In this document: piece after piece, positions 39,641 to 53,674 of the stretch
How the letters are laid out: every line of letters starts with the position of its first letter
Numbering within the stretch: the stretch's first letter is position 1
From: an uncultured Planctomycetaceae bacterium
GTDB lineage: Bacteria > Planctomycetota > Planctomycetia > Isosphaerales > Isosphaeraceae
Reading direction: 5' to 3'
Length of the DNA: 64,000 nucleotides
Assembly: GCA_963833985.1 (NCBI GenBank)
Contig: CAWIAD010000002.1
Span: 4,128,001 to 4,192,000, forward strand
The notes under the pieces: model-generated
Databases searched by the model: none
Seen by the model: the letters and a program-made list of their open reading frames with translations, nothing else
What the model was told of the DNA's origin: nothing
Program-made: the position numbers and the translations under genes

Positions 39641-42600
39641 ATGAGCACCGACGCTTCACACGATCTGCTGTTCGGACTGCTCGCGCTCCAGAATGGCCTG
39701 ATCGACCAGGGGCAGCTCGTTGCGGCATTCCAGGCCTGGACCTGTGAGAAGGGACGGCCGCTGGCCGCGCATCTGGCCGCGCGCGGCGATCTTGACGACG
39801 ATGACCGGGCCGCCGTCGAGGCCCTGGTCACGCGGCACCTGAAGAAGCACGCCGGCAGCGCCGTGAAGAGCCTGGCCGCCATCCCTGCCGCCCGCATGAT
39901 GCAGCAGAGCCTGGCCGGAGTTACGGACCGCGACCTGGCCGCAAGCCTCGCTGTCCTTGCGAGCGGCGACGAGCCGGCGCTCACGCTCGACGTGGGGCCG
40001 GTCGCCACCGACGCCGGCAGCGTCCTCGATCGGCTTGCCACCGAGCTGGGAACCGCTGCCCTCGACGGCGCGCACGTTACGGAGCACACGGGCCGCCATC
40101 AAGTCGCCGCCGGCGGCAACGGCGGAGCCGGCGCCGACAGATCGTCGGCCGGCCGCTACCGCCTGCTCGGTGAAATCGCGCGGGGTGGCATGGGCGCTGT
40201 GCACCGCGGGCGCGACATGGATCTGGGCAGAGAATTGGCCCTCAAGGTCTTGCTCGAGAAGCACCGAGATCGGCTCGACCTGATTGAACGATTCATCGAA
40301 GAGGCGCAGATCTGCGGCCAGCTCCAGCACCCCGGCGTCGTGCCGGTTTATGAGCTTGGCACACTGGCGGACAAACGGCCGTTCTTCGCCATGAAGCTGG
40401 TCAAGGGGCGGACGCTCGCCGACCTGATGTCCGAGTCCGGCGCGCGTGCCGGCAGCGCCGAGGGCCGGCCGCGGTTGCTCTCCATCTTCGAGGCCATCTG
40501 TCAGACCGTGGGCTATGCCCACTCCCGGGGGGTGATCCACCGCGACCTCAAGCCCGCCAATGTGATGATGGGATCGTTCGGCGAGGTGCAGGTGATGGAC
40601 TGGGGCCTGGCCAAGGTGCTGGGCAAGCCCGGTGAGACGCCGGTGCCGGAGCGACCGCCCACCGAGACGGTGGTGGCCACGGCGCGCAGCACAGGCGATA
40701 GCGACCTGTCGCAGGCCGGCTCGGTGCTGGGCACGCCGGCCTACATGTCCCCCGAACAAGCCCGCGGCGAGCTGGAGCGGGTCGATCGGCGGTCTGATGT
40801 CTTCGCGCTGGGCTCGATCCTCTGCGAGATCCTCACGGGCGAGCCGGCGTTCGTCGGCGATTCGATGCGCGAGGTCCTGGACCTGGCGAGCCGGGCCGAC
40901 ACGGCGGGCGTGGTGACGAGGCTGGAAGCCTGTGGGGCGGACGACGAGATCGTTGCCCTGGCCCGCGCCTGCCTGGCCGCGCGACCGAAAGACCGGCCGG
41001 AAGACGCAGGCGTCGTCGCCGGACGCCTCACCGCGTACCTGGCGGGCGTGCAGACGCGGCTGCGCGCGGCGGAGCTTGCCCGCGAGGCCGAGCGTGCCCG
41101 CGCCCTCGAGGCCGAGGCCAAAGCCGCGGTCGAACGGCGCTCAAGGAGGCTGGTCGCCGCGCTGGCCGCGACGATCGTGCTGGCCGGCGGCCTGGGAGCG
41201 GCCGGCTGGCGCTGGGTCGAGCTCCAGCGGCTGGAACGGGTGCGGACGGCCGGCGAGCGGGTGAACCTGGCCCTCCGCGAGGTGACCCGGCTGCGTGCCC
41301 TGGCGCAAGGCGCCCCGGTCGGCGAGCTTGGTGCCTGGGAACTGGCTGCCGTCGCCGCCGAGAACGCGCGCGACCTGTTCGAACCGGGTATCGACCCGTC
41401 GCTCCGCAAGCAAGTCGAGGACCTGGCGGTCGAGACCGCGGCCGACCGTAACCGGGCCGAGATCGCAGCGCTGGCGGCCCGGCGCGATCGGACCCTGCTC
41501 GAAACCCTGGTCGACATCCGCAGCGCCGAGGCCGATGACCGGGGCGGCTGGAGCACCGACGAGGCGTACGCAGAAGCCTTCCGCCAGGCAGGACTGGATG
41601 TGGCCGTGCTGCCCGAGGAAGAGCTGACCAGCAGCATCCGCTCACGGCCGCTCGACGTGGCAACGGCCCTGGCGGCCGCGCTCGACGACTGGGCGGCTAT
41701 CCGGCGCGACCGGAAGAAGGACCGGGCCGGAGCGCGCGCCCTCTCCGCACTGGCCACGGCTGTTGACCCCGATGCCTGGCGGGTGGGCCTGCGCCAGGCC
41801 ATGGAGCTGCCCGAGAGGAAAGCCCGCCTGGAGGCGCTCCGGACCCTGGCCGGGGACGCGTCCTTCGAGACTCTCGGGCCTGTCAGTCTGGACCTGCTGG
41901 GGCGGGCGCTCGTTCACGCGGGCGACCCGGCGGGTGCCGAAGGGGTACTACGGCAAGCCCAGCAGCACCACCCCGCCGACGTCTGGATCAATTACGACCT
42001 GGCGCTGGCACTCAAGAAGCTGGCCAGGCGCGACGAGGCCATTCGTTTCGCCACGGCGGCGCGGGCGCTCCGTTCCGAGACGGCCCACGAGCTCGCCCAC
42101 ATGCTCGGGGCCCGGGGCGAGCTGAATCAAGAAATCGCCGTTTTCGAGGACCTGAGGCGGCTGCGGCCATGCGACGGCCGCCATCTCGGCTGCCTGGGCC
42201 GGGCATTGAACAACAAGGGACGAACCGAGGAAGCCAGGGCAATCCTCAAGGCGGCCGAGGCCGCCTATCGCGAGGCCGTTCGGCTCAGGCCCAACGACGC
42301 GATGGCACATCGGGGCCTCGGATTTGTCTTTTCCCTGGAGAGGAGATGGGAAGAGTCGCTCGAAGAAGATCGCGCCGTCCTTCGCCTCCAGCCAGACGAC
42401 GCGACTGCACACCTCAGCCTGGGTGTGTCGCTGCAGAACCTGGGCCATGTGGAGGAGGCGATCGCCGAGTATCGCACAGCCATTCGCCTGGACCCGGACG
42501 ACGCCTCGGCGCATCTCGTCCTCGGCACAGCCCTGAGCGGACTGAAGGCGAAAGATCGGCTTGCCGCGGCCGCCGAACTTCGCGAGGCTATTCGATTGCA

Positions 42601-43312
42601 GCCGGATAACGCCGAAGCCCACTCACGCCTGGGCGACGTCCTCCAGAGTCTGATGATGATCAACGACGCGCTCGCCGAGTATCGCATCGCCCAGCAAATC
42701 CAGCCCAGCTTTGCCATGAATTACGCCCGGCGCGGCAACCTGTTTGATCAGCAAGGGAAGCTGGACGAGGCGATCGCCGAGGATCGCATTGCCCTCCGCC
42801 TCAACCCCAAGCTGGACTACGCGAACAACCTGCTCGCCTGGGCGCTGATCAAGAAACGCGATCTGGGCGCCCGGGAACGCGCCGAGTCGGTGGAGGGTGC
42901 ACGCCGGGCGGTCGCCGAGAAGCCCACGGATGGCAATTACTTCAACACGCTGGCCCTGGCCGAGTATCGCGCAGGGCACTGGGCCGAGTCGATTGTTGCC
43001 GCCGAGCATTCGATCGCGCTCATCCAGGGCTTGCCCTCGTTCGACTGGTTCGCCGCCACCGAGCAATCGATTGCGCAGTTGAACAAGGTGGATGCGTCCA
43101 ACTGGTTCTTCCTGGCCATGGCTCACTGGAAACAAGGGAACAGGGACCGGGCGCGCTCATACTTCCAGCGGGCGGTCGACTGGACGAAGAAGAAAGACCC
43201 GACGAACGTCGAGCTCATCCAGTTCTGGCAAGAATCCGCCGAACTGCTGGGCGAGCCGGGGCCTGGCCACGATCCGCCGTCCCGACCGCCGGCCAGCACC
43301 CCAGCGAGCTAG
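39641..43312 (+). CDS. Hanks-type Ser/Thr protein kinase with TPR repeats
   Basis: LLFGLLALQNGLID N-terminus; IARGGMGAV, ALK, IHRDLKPAN, VMDWGLAK, GTPAYMSPEQ; TM; TPR repeats. Confidence 0.93.
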   Translation: MSTDASHDLLFGLLALQNGLIDQGQLVAAFQAWTCEKGRPLAAHLAARGDLDDDDRAAVEALVTRHLKKHAGSAVKSLAAIPAARMMQQSLAGVTDRDLAASLAVLASGDEPALTLDVGPVATDAGSVLDRLATELGTAALDGAHVTEHTGRHQVAAGGNGGAGADRSSAGRYRLLGEIARGGMGAVHRGRDMDLGRELALKVLLEKHRDRLDLIERFIEEAQICGQLQHPGVVPVYELGTLADKRPFFAMKLVKGRTLADLMSESGARAGSAEGRPRLLSIFEAICQTVGYAHSRGVIHRDLKPANVMMGSFGEVQVMDWGLAKVLGKPGETPVPERPPTETVVATARSTGDSDLSQAGSVLGTPAYMSPEQARGELERVDRRSDVFALGSILCEILTGEPAFVGDSMREVLDLASRADTAGVVTRLEACGADDEIVALARACLAARPKDRPEDAGVVAGRLTAYLAGVQTRLRAAELAREAERARALEAEAKAAVERRSRRLVAALAATIVLAGGLGAAGWRWVELQRLERVRTAGERVNLALREVTRLRALAQGAPVGELGAWELAAVAAENARDLFEPGIDPSLRKQVEDLAVETAADRNRAEIAALAARRDRTLLETLVDIRSAEADDRGGWSTDEAYAEAFRQAGLDVAVLPEEELTSSIRSRPLDVATALAAALDDWAAIRRDRKKDRAGARALSALATAVDPDAWRVGLRQAMELPERKARLEALRTLAGDASFETLGPVSLDLLGRALVHAGDPAGAEGVLRQAQQHHPADVWINYDLALALKKLARRDEAIRFATAARALRSETAHELAHMLGARGELNQEIAVFEDLRRLRPCDGRHLGCLGRALNNKGRTEEARAILKAAEAAYREAVRLRPNDAMAHRGLGFVFSLERRWEESLEEDRAVLRLQPDDATAHLSLGVSLQNLGHVEEAIAEYRTAIRLDPDDASAHLVLGTALSGLKAKDRLAAAAELREAIRLQPDNAEAHSRLGDVLQSLMMINDALAEYRIAQQIQPSFAMNYARRGNLFDQQGKLDEAIAEDRIALRLNPKLDYANNLLAWALIKKRDLGARERAESVEGARRAVAEKPTDGNYFNTLALAEYRAGHWAESIVAAEHSIALIQGLPSFDWFAATEQSIAQLNKVDASNWFFLAMAHWKQGNRDRARSYFQRAVDWTKKKDPTNVELIQFWQESAELLGEPGPGHDPPSRPPASTPAS

Positions 43313-43354
43313 AGGGAAGCCCGTGAAAGAATCGAACCAAGTTGGAGCGACACG

Positions 43355-44365
43355 ATGAGCTCTCGCCTGCTTGCGACATGGGCCATGATGAGCCTGCTGG
43401 CCGGCACTGGCCTGCTGGCCCAGGACAAGGCCGCAGTGAGAGGAGCATCCGCGGCCCATCCCCGGATGAAGGAAGCTCTCGAGGCCGCGAAGGAAGATCT
43501 TCCCAGGGCGATCACGATCCTCGAGAAGATGCTCGAGTCAGAGCCCGACGATCGCGAAGCCCTCTATCTCCTGGGTGCGATGGCGGTGGTCCAGGGCGAC
43601 AAGTCCGAGGACAGAGCGGAACGGATCGCCTGCTTTCGCAAGTCGAGAGACGCCTTCGACAGGCTTCAGAGAGTCCACAAGAACCTGACCTCGTACGAGC
43701 AGGCGTTCCTGATGCGCAGCCGCATTGGGACCGCCCGCTTCCTGGCGCTCGAAGCGAAGCCGGAGCAGGCCCTCGACGTGATCAAGCAACTGCTGGCCGC
43801 GGGCTTCGACGACCTGGACGCGTTCTACGAGCCGAATGACCTCGAGCCCGTCCGCGCTCTGCCGGCCTTCAAGGCGGCACTGGAACATGCCGCGCGTGCG
43901 GGCATCCTCGAGGAGATGGCACGGCTGAAGCCCTTCCCTTTCGATTTCGAGCTCAAGGACACGAGCGACAGGACGGTCCGCCTGGCGGACTACAAGGGGA
44001 AGGTGACCATCGTCGACATCTGGGGGACCTGGTGCCCGCCCTGCCGCAAGGAGATCCCCCATTTCGCCGAACTCTACAAGGAGTACAGGGACAAGGGGCT
44101 GGAGATCGTCGGCATCAACTGCCACGAGGGAGGCTCGCCCGACGAGGTCAAGAAGAGGATCCAGATTTTCGCTCGTGAGACCGAGATCCCTTACAGGTGC
44201 CTGCTGAACGACGAGACGACCGAGCCAAAGATTCCCGGGTTCCAGGGATACCCAACCACCCTTTTTCTTGACCGCACGGGCAAGGTCCGGATGATGCTGG
44301 TGGGCTACACGCCCAAGGTCCGGCTCGAGGCGATCGTGAGCACGCTGCTGGCCGAGAGCCCGTGA
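43355..44365 (+). CDS. TlpA-family thiol-disulfide oxidoreductase with helical N-terminus
   Basis: Signal peptide; VDIWGTWCPPCRKEIPH, GYPTTLFLDRTG. Confidence 0.9.
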   Translation: MSSRLLATWAMMSLLAGTGLLAQDKAAVRGASAAHPRMKEALEAAKEDLPRAITILEKMLESEPDDREALYLLGAMAVVQGDKSEDRAERIACFRKSRDAFDRLQRVHKNLTSYEQAFLMRSRIGTARFLALEAKPEQALDVIKQLLAAGFDDLDAFYEPNDLEPVRALPAFKAALEHAARAGILEEMARLKPFPFDFELKDTSDRTVRLADYKGKVTIVDIWGTWCPPCRKEIPHFAELYKEYRDKGLEIVGINCHEGGSPDEVKKRIQIFARETEIPYRCLLNDETTEPKIPGFQGYPTTLFLDRTGKVRMMLVGYTPKVRLEAIVSTLLAESP

Positions 44366-44490
44366 TGCAGCATCCGACGTGAGGCAAACCGCCCTTGCAG
44401 GTGCGCGCTTTTCTCCTACCATGTATTGAGGTGGGGCGGGTCGCGGGCCCGCCGTTTCAGAGCCCGACACGAACTCGCCCCGATCTTGCC

Positions 44491-45771
44491 ATGATGCGCA
44501 CCGCCGTGCTCGCGAGCAGCCAGGTTCTGGCACTGATCGCCATGTTGAGTCCATCGTCGTCCGCGGCGGAGCGCCGCATCGAGATCCTTCTGGGCCCTGC
44601 GGGCGGGCTGCCCGTCGCGGAGCTGGTCTCGGGCCTGGCCCGGGCGAGCGGCGTGACGGTCGACCGGCCGCCGGCGCAGCTGACGCTGCCGACCCGCGGG
44701 CTGGGCGGGTCGCTCACACGGACGCTGCTGGCGGAGTGCCTTGGTCCGGAAGTGCACCTGGCATTCCCGCCCGGACGGGTTGTCGTCGCCATCGACGACG
44801 AGGCGCTCGCCGCCGAGCACCAGGGGCAGTGGAAGGAGCGGCTCGACGATCTCGCCGCACGCTGTCTTCAGGCCGCCAGCCGGCATCAGAACTATGGCAT
44901 GCATGCGCTGGCGTCGTACCGGGCCAACGACCCTGCGCGCCCGACGGTGTGCCTGGTGCACGGCATCAATTCGTCTTCCGGCGGATTCGTGCATCTCATC
45001 CCGCGGCTCGAGCAGGCCGGCTACGGCGTGGTCGTCTTCGATTATGCGTTCAACCAGCGGCTCGATACGTCGTGCTCCCAGTTTCGCCGCGACTGGCTTG
45101 CCTTCCGCAAGGCGGCCGGCGAGACCCGGCCCTGGGCGATCCTGGCGCACTCGATGGGTGCTCTGGTGGCCCGTTCGTACGTCGAGCACGAGGGCCGCGC
45201 GGAACACGACGTGGCGTCGATGATCCTGATCGCACCGGTGAACCAGGGCGCGCACGTTGCCCGGATCCAGCCGGTCCTCCAGACGGTCTCCAGCCTGTTC
45301 GCAATCAACAGCAAGCGGACCACGCAGGCGCTGGCACAGCTCTCCGAGGGCATCGGCCTGGCGGCCGAAGATCTGCTACCCGGCAGCGCATTCCTGCAAC
45401 GGATCAACGCCGGGGAGCCGCCTCGCGACGTTCCCTATCACATCCTGGCTGGCGACAGCGGCGTGATTCCGCGCGAGGTCGGCCAGCAGGCCCGGGCTCA
45501 GATGGAAGCGGCCGCACGCGACCGGGGGCTTCTCAGCCTGGTCTCCCGCGCGGCAGGCCGTGAGGTGCTGCCGCTCCTCGACGAGCTCACCGACGGCAGT
45601 GGCGACGGCTGCGTGTCGGTGGAGCGTACGCGTATGACTGGAGTCCCGGACCACGTCACGATTCACGCCAACCATGCCGAGCTGATCCGCGCTCCCCTAC
45701 TCTACCCGGACGACGGGCCGGTTGTGTGCATGCCGTACGTGCTGAAATGGCTGCGCGCCGACTTCAGGTAG
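44491..45771 (+). CDS. Secreted alpha/beta hydrolase (lipase/esterase-like)
   Basis: LVHGINS, AHSMGALV, GDGCVS, HANHAEL. Confidence 0.82.
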   Translation: MMRTAVLASSQVLALIAMLSPSSSAAERRIEILLGPAGGLPVAELVSGLARASGVTVDRPPAQLTLPTRGLGGSLTRTLLAECLGPEVHLAFPPGRVVVAIDDEALAAEHQGQWKERLDDLAARCLQAASRHQNYGMHALASYRANDPARPTVCLVHGINSSSGGFVHLIPRLEQAGYGVVVFDYAFNQRLDTSCSQFRRDWLAFRKAAGETRPWAILAHSMGALVARSYVEHEGRAEHDVASMILIAPVNQGAHVARIQPVLQTVSSLFAINSKRTTQALAQLSEGIGLAAEDLLPGSAFLQRINAGEPPRDVPYHILAGDSGVIPREVGQQARAQMEAAARDRGLLSLVSRAAGREVLPLLDELTDGSGDGCVSVERTRMTGVPDHVTIHANHAELIRAPLLYPDDGPVVCMPYVLKWLRADFR

Positions 45772-45874
45772 ACGTCAGCCCGGCATGTTCTAGAGTTGAT
45801 CGAGACCACTGTCGGCCTCCCGAGCGTGCGCGCTTCAAGAAACGCAGGCCTGTAGACCAATTCGCAGACTTTCC

Positions 45875-47372
45875 ATGAGCATCCTCGGGCTTCCGGTCAC
45901 CCCGCGGGCGACCAACCTCCGGATCCTGGCCTCCCTGATTTTGCTGGTCATCGTGGTCAATGTGGACACGATGCCCGGTTCGCTCTATCCCGGCGATCCG
46001 TACTGGATGATGCAAGCCGCGCGCAGCATCGTGCTGCGCGGCAGTCTGGCCATCGAGCCAGGCTCCGGTATCGCGGAGGGACAGTACTTCGTCCGGAACC
46101 CGCGGAACCACCTGTATTATTCCAAGTACGGCACAATGAACAGCGTGCTGTTCACTCCCCCGCTCTACCTGGCCTGGAAGCTCGATGGCGACCTCACCAG
46201 CCTGCGTACCCGGCGCGTGCTGCTGTTCACGAACCTGTACTTCGTGTTCCTGGGCACTCTCCTGGCGGTCTACCTGTACGTACTTGTCGGACTGTACGTC
46301 ACGGCACCGTCGGTGAAGCTGTTTTACGTGCTCTCGTGTTTTTACACGACCTTCCTGTGGAACTACCTGCGCACAGACCAGCGAGCTGTTCCAGGTCTTG
46401 CTCTTCACGACCTTCGTAGTTCACTTCGTGCGGGCGCAAAGGAGCCCGAGCCGGTTCGCGGAGTTCGCGCTCGCCTGGATTCTGCTCGGTGCGCTTTGCT
46501 TGACCAAGATCAGTTACGTCATCCTGGTGCCGATGGCCTGGGTGGCGACGGTCATCGACCTGGGGGTCATATCCCCATCAAGCCGACGCGGACACCTCAG
46601 CCTCCATCGCGGCTCAGTCCTGTTCGCCTCGTTCGCCGCGGTGGTGATCGCCTGTGTCATGGGCTGGATCAACTGGACGAAGTTCGGCTCCGTCTGGCTC
46701 ACGGGTTATCACGCCTGGCAGCCGGACCGGCACTTGCCCGCGAACCCGGAAGGCATTCTGGGATTTCTTTTCGACCGGCAGTGGAGCATTTTCCTGAACG
46801 ATCCGCCGCTCCTGCTGGCACTCCTCGCCGTGAAGCCGTTCCTGAGGCGTTTCCCGCGCGAGGCGGTCTTCTTTGCCGGGCTCTTCGGTGTGAATCTGCT
46901 CCTGCTCGGCAGCATTCCCACCTGGAAGGGCGAGTGGTGTTACGGTCCGCGTTACCTGCTGTTCCTCTTGCCCGTCGTGTCGCTGCCGTTCGCACTGGTG
47001 CTGGAGAACGCCTGCTCCGCTCCTTCCTCCTTGCGCAAGGCGCTGCTGATGGCGCTTTGCGTGGGAACGCTGGGCACGTCGCTCTGGTACCAGGTGCAGG
47101 TGAACCGCCTGCCCTTCCTGGTCTATTACCGGCTCTTGCCGGCGGCGGTTCTCGGCGAGCATCGGTCGCTCGACCTGGCGGACTCGGAACTTCCCTTCTT
47201 TGTCTCCAGGCCTGTCCAGGTCATCTGCGCGGAGCTGGTGAAAAACCGGGACAATCCCGAAGAGCTCGAATGCTTCCGCGAGTTCCGCACGCGATACTCC
47301 CAGGCTGAATGCCAGCGCTACCTGGCCGCCCTGACGTTCCTGCCCGCCCTGGACAACTACTGGTTCCCATGA
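45875..47372 (+). CDS. Polytopic membrane protein, GT-C glycosyltransferase-like (frameshift near 46372)
   Basis: YYSKYGTMNS, LCLTK, NWTKFGSVWLTGY, WKGEWCYGPRYLLFLLP; many TM segments. Confidence 0.65.
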
Positions 47373-47502
47373 GTCCGTACGTGCCGCCCGCGTTTGCGGC
47401 AGGTCCAGCCTCTTGGGTTTCCCTGGCGATTTGAGTACTCTGTTTCCACCCAGGGCAGACAGGCACGACGCGGGTACGCGCAACGCAACCAGAGGACCCT
47501 TC

Positions 47503-49047
47503 ATGTCGCAGACCGTGGAGAGCGCGCACGATTCCGCCGGCGAATCCTTCGAGCAGAAGGGGTACGAGAGCCATCCCCCCGGGCTTTACGCCCTGTTCGG
47601 CACCGAGATGTGGGAGCGGGTGAGCTACTACGGGATGCGTGCGCTCCTGGTTCTCTATCTCACCAAGGCGATCGGCATGGACCGGCCAGGTGCCTTGAAC
47701 ATTTACGCCATTTATACAGGGCTGGTCTACCTCACGCCGCTCATCGGCGGCCGGCTGGCCGACCGCTATCTGGGCCAGCGCAAGGCGGTGTTCATCGGCG
47801 GCATCCTGATGGCTCTGGGCCAATTCGCGCTCACGCAGCAGGCGCTGCTGAACCTTGGCCTGGGGCTGATCATCGTGGGCAACGGCTTTTTCAAGCCGAA
47901 CATCTCGACGATGGTGGGCGAGCTCTATCCCCAGGGCGACCCACGCCGCGACGGCGCCTATACCATCTTTTACATGGGGATCAACCTGGGCGCGTTCCTT
48001 GCCCCGCTCATCTGCGGCCCGCTGGGCGAGCGGGTTGGCTGGGGCTACGGCTTTGCGACCGCGGGAGCCGGGATGATCCTGGGCGTCACGACGTTCGTCT
48101 TCACGCAGCGGTTGCTCCACGGCGCAGGGCTCCCGCCCGGACGGGCCTTCGCGGGCGAGGTCAAACTCAGACCGCGGGACTGGGTGGAGATCGTCACGAT
48201 CGCGCTGGGCATCGCGGTGCTGGTTGTCGGGCTGGTGCAGTCCTGGCCAACCCTGCGTCCGCTCTGGTCGCCCGCCTGGCTCAGTAGCGGTCTGGCGGCG
48301 TTCCTGTACAAAGGGCTGATCCTGGTGGGGGGCCTGGCGCTCTTCCTCTACGCCACCGAGCCGGCGACATCGGCGCAGTCGACCGACGCGCTCCACGCGC
48401 CGTTCACACGTGTCGACTGGGAGCGGGTCGTGGTGATCATCATCATCAGCCTCTTCTCGATCGTCTTCTGGGCGGGGTTCGAGCAATCGGGCGGGACCCT
48501 GAACCTGTTCGCCGATGAGAAGACGGACCGGACGATCCTCGGCTGGGACATTCCGGCCTCGATCTTCCAGGCCATCAATCCCGTGTTCATCATCGCGCTG
48601 GCGCCTGTCTTCGCCATCGTCTGGACCTTCCTGGCAAGGCGGAAATTCCCCCTTCCCTCAGTCACCAAGTTCGGCATGGGGTTGACCCTGCTGAGCCTGG
48701 CGTTCGGCGTGATGTACTTCGCGGAAGAGCATTCCAGGGCAGGCAAGATCTCGCCCCTCTGGCTGATCTCCGTCTACTTCATCTTCACGGTCGCGGAGCT
48801 GTGCCTCTCGCCGATCGGTCTGTCGCTGGTCACGAAGCTCGCGCACCCGCGGATCGTCTCGCTCATGATGGCGTTCTGGTTCCTCTGCACGGCCGCCGCC
48901 AATTATCTGGCGGGGATCATGGAGCAGACGATCGAGCCCTACCACCTTAACCTGTGGGCATTCCTGGGCGTCCTGGCGCTGGGGCCCGGCCTGCTCTTGC
49001 TGGCGCTGGGGCCAGTCCTGGTGAGAATGTCGCACGGCCGTGTTTGA
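47503..49047 (+). CDS. POT/PTR-family proton-dependent oligopeptide transporter
   Basis: EMWERVSYYGMR, GGRLADRYLG, GNGFFKPNISTMVG, FYMGINLG, ELCLSPIGLS. Confidence 0.93.
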   Translation: MSQTVESAHDSAGESFEQKGYESHPPGLYALFGTEMWERVSYYGMRALLVLYLTKAIGMDRPGALNIYAIYTGLVYLTPLIGGRLADRYLGQRKAVFIGGILMALGQFALTQQALLNLGLGLIIVGNGFFKPNISTMVGELYPQGDPRRDGAYTIFYMGINLGAFLAPLICGPLGERVGWGYGFATAGAGMILGVTTFVFTQRLLHGAGLPPGRAFAGEVKLRPRDWVEIVTIALGIAVLVVGLVQSWPTLRPLWSPAWLSSGLAAFLYKGLILVGGLALFLYATEPATSAQSTDALHAPFTRVDWERVVVIIIISLFSIVFWAGFEQSGGTLNLFADEKTDRTILGWDIPASIFQAINPVFIIALAPVFAIVWTFLARRKFPLPSVTKFGMGLTLLSLAFGVMYFAEEHSRAGKISPLWLISVYFIFTVAELCLSPIGLSLVTKLAHPRIVSLMMAFWFLCTAAANYLAGIMEQTIEPYHLNLWAFLGVLALGPGLLLLALGPVLVRMSHGRV

Positions 49048-49081
49048 ATGGCGCCTGGTTTTTCTCTCGGAGGTTCGGATC

Positions 49082-51128
<2,047 letters not shown>

Positions 51129-51147
51129 GCGACCGAAAGCCTCTCCC

Positions 51148-51400
51148 GTGATTGAACTGCACGAGGTGACCCAGCATTACGGCGTCAAGCCCGTCCTGCG
51201 CCGGATCAGCCTGCGCGTGGAGCGCGGGGAACTGGTTTCGACCTTACCGAACAGGCCGACGGACCGCTCCGCAGCGACTCGGCCCGGCAGACGAAAAAGC
51301 GTGCGCTCTGCACGGCACTCGTCACCGAGGCCCCCGTGATGTTCCTGGACGAGCCGTTCTCCGCCGGCCTGGACCCGGCGGGGGTGGTGGCCTCAGCGGG
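51148..51400 (+). pseudogene. ABC ATPase remnant with internal deletion
   Basis: MIELHEVTQHYGVKPVLRRISLRVERGELV, then in another frame KKRALCTALVTEAPVMFLDEPFSAGLDP; Walker A and middle region missing. Confidence 0.7.
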
Positions 51401-51626
51401 TTACCGGGCATCGTTTCGTGCACTTACTATTAGGTCCGTCCGGAGATTGGCCCTCCCATGGTGGTCAGCCTGATTCTGCGACTGCGCTGGATCGCTCCCC
51501 CGAATCGGACAACCTGGCTGCTCACCGGCAAGCATCGCATCGTCGCGGGGCAGTTCCCCCAGGGCCAGAACGCCGAGTTTGTGAAGGTGGGCTGATGACC
51601 GGAGCCGCGGAGTGCAAATCATCACC

Positions 51627-52037
51627 ATGAACAACCGGGGCAAGTTCTGGACCATCCTCCGCCGCGGCTGCCCGCGGTGCGGCCATTCCATCTTCCCATC
51701 GGCCCTGGTGATGTATGAGAATTGCCCTGGCTGCGGGCTCGACTTCGACCGCGGTGAGGCAGGCTACTTCACGGGGGCCATGTACGTCAGCTACGGCCTC
51801 GGGATCCCGCTCATCGCCCTGCTCACCTTGATCGAGCATCTGCTGATACCCGGCTGGTCGCTGCTGCGGTTGGTGCTGCTGGCCTGGCTCATCTGCGTGC
51901 CGCTCATTCCCTGGGTCTGGCAGTATTCCCGGACCATCTGGATCCATTTCGACCAGTGGATCGACCCGGTAGCCGGCGCTCAAGACCACACCAACGAACC
52001 CACGATACGAGGAACCGAACCGCATGACACGCCCTGA
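51627..52037 (+). CDS. DUF983-family protein
   Basis: CPRCG...[28 protein letters not shown]. Confidence 0.8.
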   Translation: MNNRGKFWTILRRGCPRCGHSIFPSALVMYENCPGCGLDFDRGEAGYFTGAMYVSYGLGIPLIALLTLIEHLLIPGWSLLRLVLLAWLICVPLIPWVWQYSRTIWIHFDQWIDPVAGAQDHTNEPTIRGTEPHDTP

Positions 52038-53674
52038 GCCCGCGACACAGCGGCCGATCGTGGACGTCGCCCGCGACCTGGACATCGCCGAGGATTTCCT
52101 GGAGCCCTATGGCCGCGACAAGGCCAAGGTGCGGCTGGAAGCGATGGCCGCATCGGGCCGCAAACCGGGCAAGCTGATCCTGGTCTCCGCGATCACGCCC
52201 ACGCCCGCCGGCGAGGGGAAGACCACCACGTCGATCGGCCTGGCGCAGGGGCTGCGGCGCATCGGCAAGCGGGTGGCCCTGGCGCTGCGGCAGCCGTCCA
52301 TGGGACCGGTCTTCGGCCGCAAGGGCGGGGCCACCGGCGGCGGGCTCAGCAAGGTGGAACCGTCGAATACGATCAACCTCCAGTTCACCGGCGACTTTCA
52401 CGCCATCACCGCCGCCCACAACCTGCTGGCCGCGACCATCGACAACCACATCCACTTCCGCGACTTCAAGCTCGACCCGACCAAGGTGCTCTGGAAGCGC
52501 GTGCTGGACATGAACGACCGCGCCTTGCGGCACATCATCATCGGACTGGGCGGCCGGCCGCAGGGCATCCCGCGCGAGAGCGGCTTCGACATCACCGCGG
52601 CCAGCGAGGTCATGGCGATCCTCTGCCTGGCGGACTCACCGGCCGACCTGCGGGTGCGGCTGGACCGCATCCTCGTCGGCTTCACCATGGATAACGAGCC
52701 GGTGCTCGCGAAACAGCTTCGAGTGGTCGGCTCCATGGCCGCCATCCTCAACGAGGCGTTTCACCCCAACCTTGTGCAAACCACTGAATCGGTTCCCGCC
52801 TTCATCCACGGCGGACCGTTCGCGAACATCGCGCACGGCTGCAACTCGGTGGTCGCCACCCGCATGGCCTTGACGCTGGCCGACTACGCCGTGACCGAGG
52901 CCGGCTTCGCGTTCGACCTGGGCGGCGAGAAGTTCTTCGATCTGAAGTGCCGCGGCGCCAACCTGAACCCCGCCGCCGTGGTGATCGTCGCCACCATCCG
53001 CGCTGAAGATGCACGGCGGCGTGCCCCTGGGCGAGACCTCCAGGCCGAACCCGATCGCTGTCGAGCATGGGCTGGTCAACCTGGCCGCCCACCTGGATAG
53101 TGCCGCGCACTTTGGCAAACCCGTCATCGTGGCGATCAACCAGTTCGCCAGCGACACACCCGAGGAGCTCGACCTCGTGCACGTGTACTGCAACAGCCGG
53201 GGTATCGCCTGCGCCACCGCCAACGTCTTTGGTGCCGGCGGCCGCGGCGCGATAGCGCTGGCGGAAAAAGTGGTCGCGGCCGTGGACGGCCCCGAGACAC
53301 CACTCCAGACGCTCTATCCGCTGGAGTGGAAAGCCGAGCGGAAGATCGAGGAGATCGCCCGCGTGATGTATGGCGCCGCGGCCGTGAACATCCAGCAAGA
53401 GGCCGAATCAAAGCTGAAGAAAGCCCGCAAGCTGGGCTATGGCGAGCTACCCATCTGCATGGCCAAGACGCAGGACTCGCTCTCCGATAACCCCAAGCTG
53501 CGCGGCCGTCCCAAGGGGTTCACGGTCCACGTCCGCGACGTCGAGATCGCCGCGGGCGCAGGGTTCCTGGTGGCGCTCACTGGCGAGATCATGCGCATGC
53601 CCGGCCTGCCGGAACGCCCCGCGGCCGAGAAGATCGATGTGGATGCCGAAGGAATGATCATCGGACTTTCGTGA
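52024..53674 (+). CDS. fhs: Formate--tetrahydrofolate ligase (frameshift near 53001)
   Basis: [54 protein letters not shown]. Confidence 0.93.
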
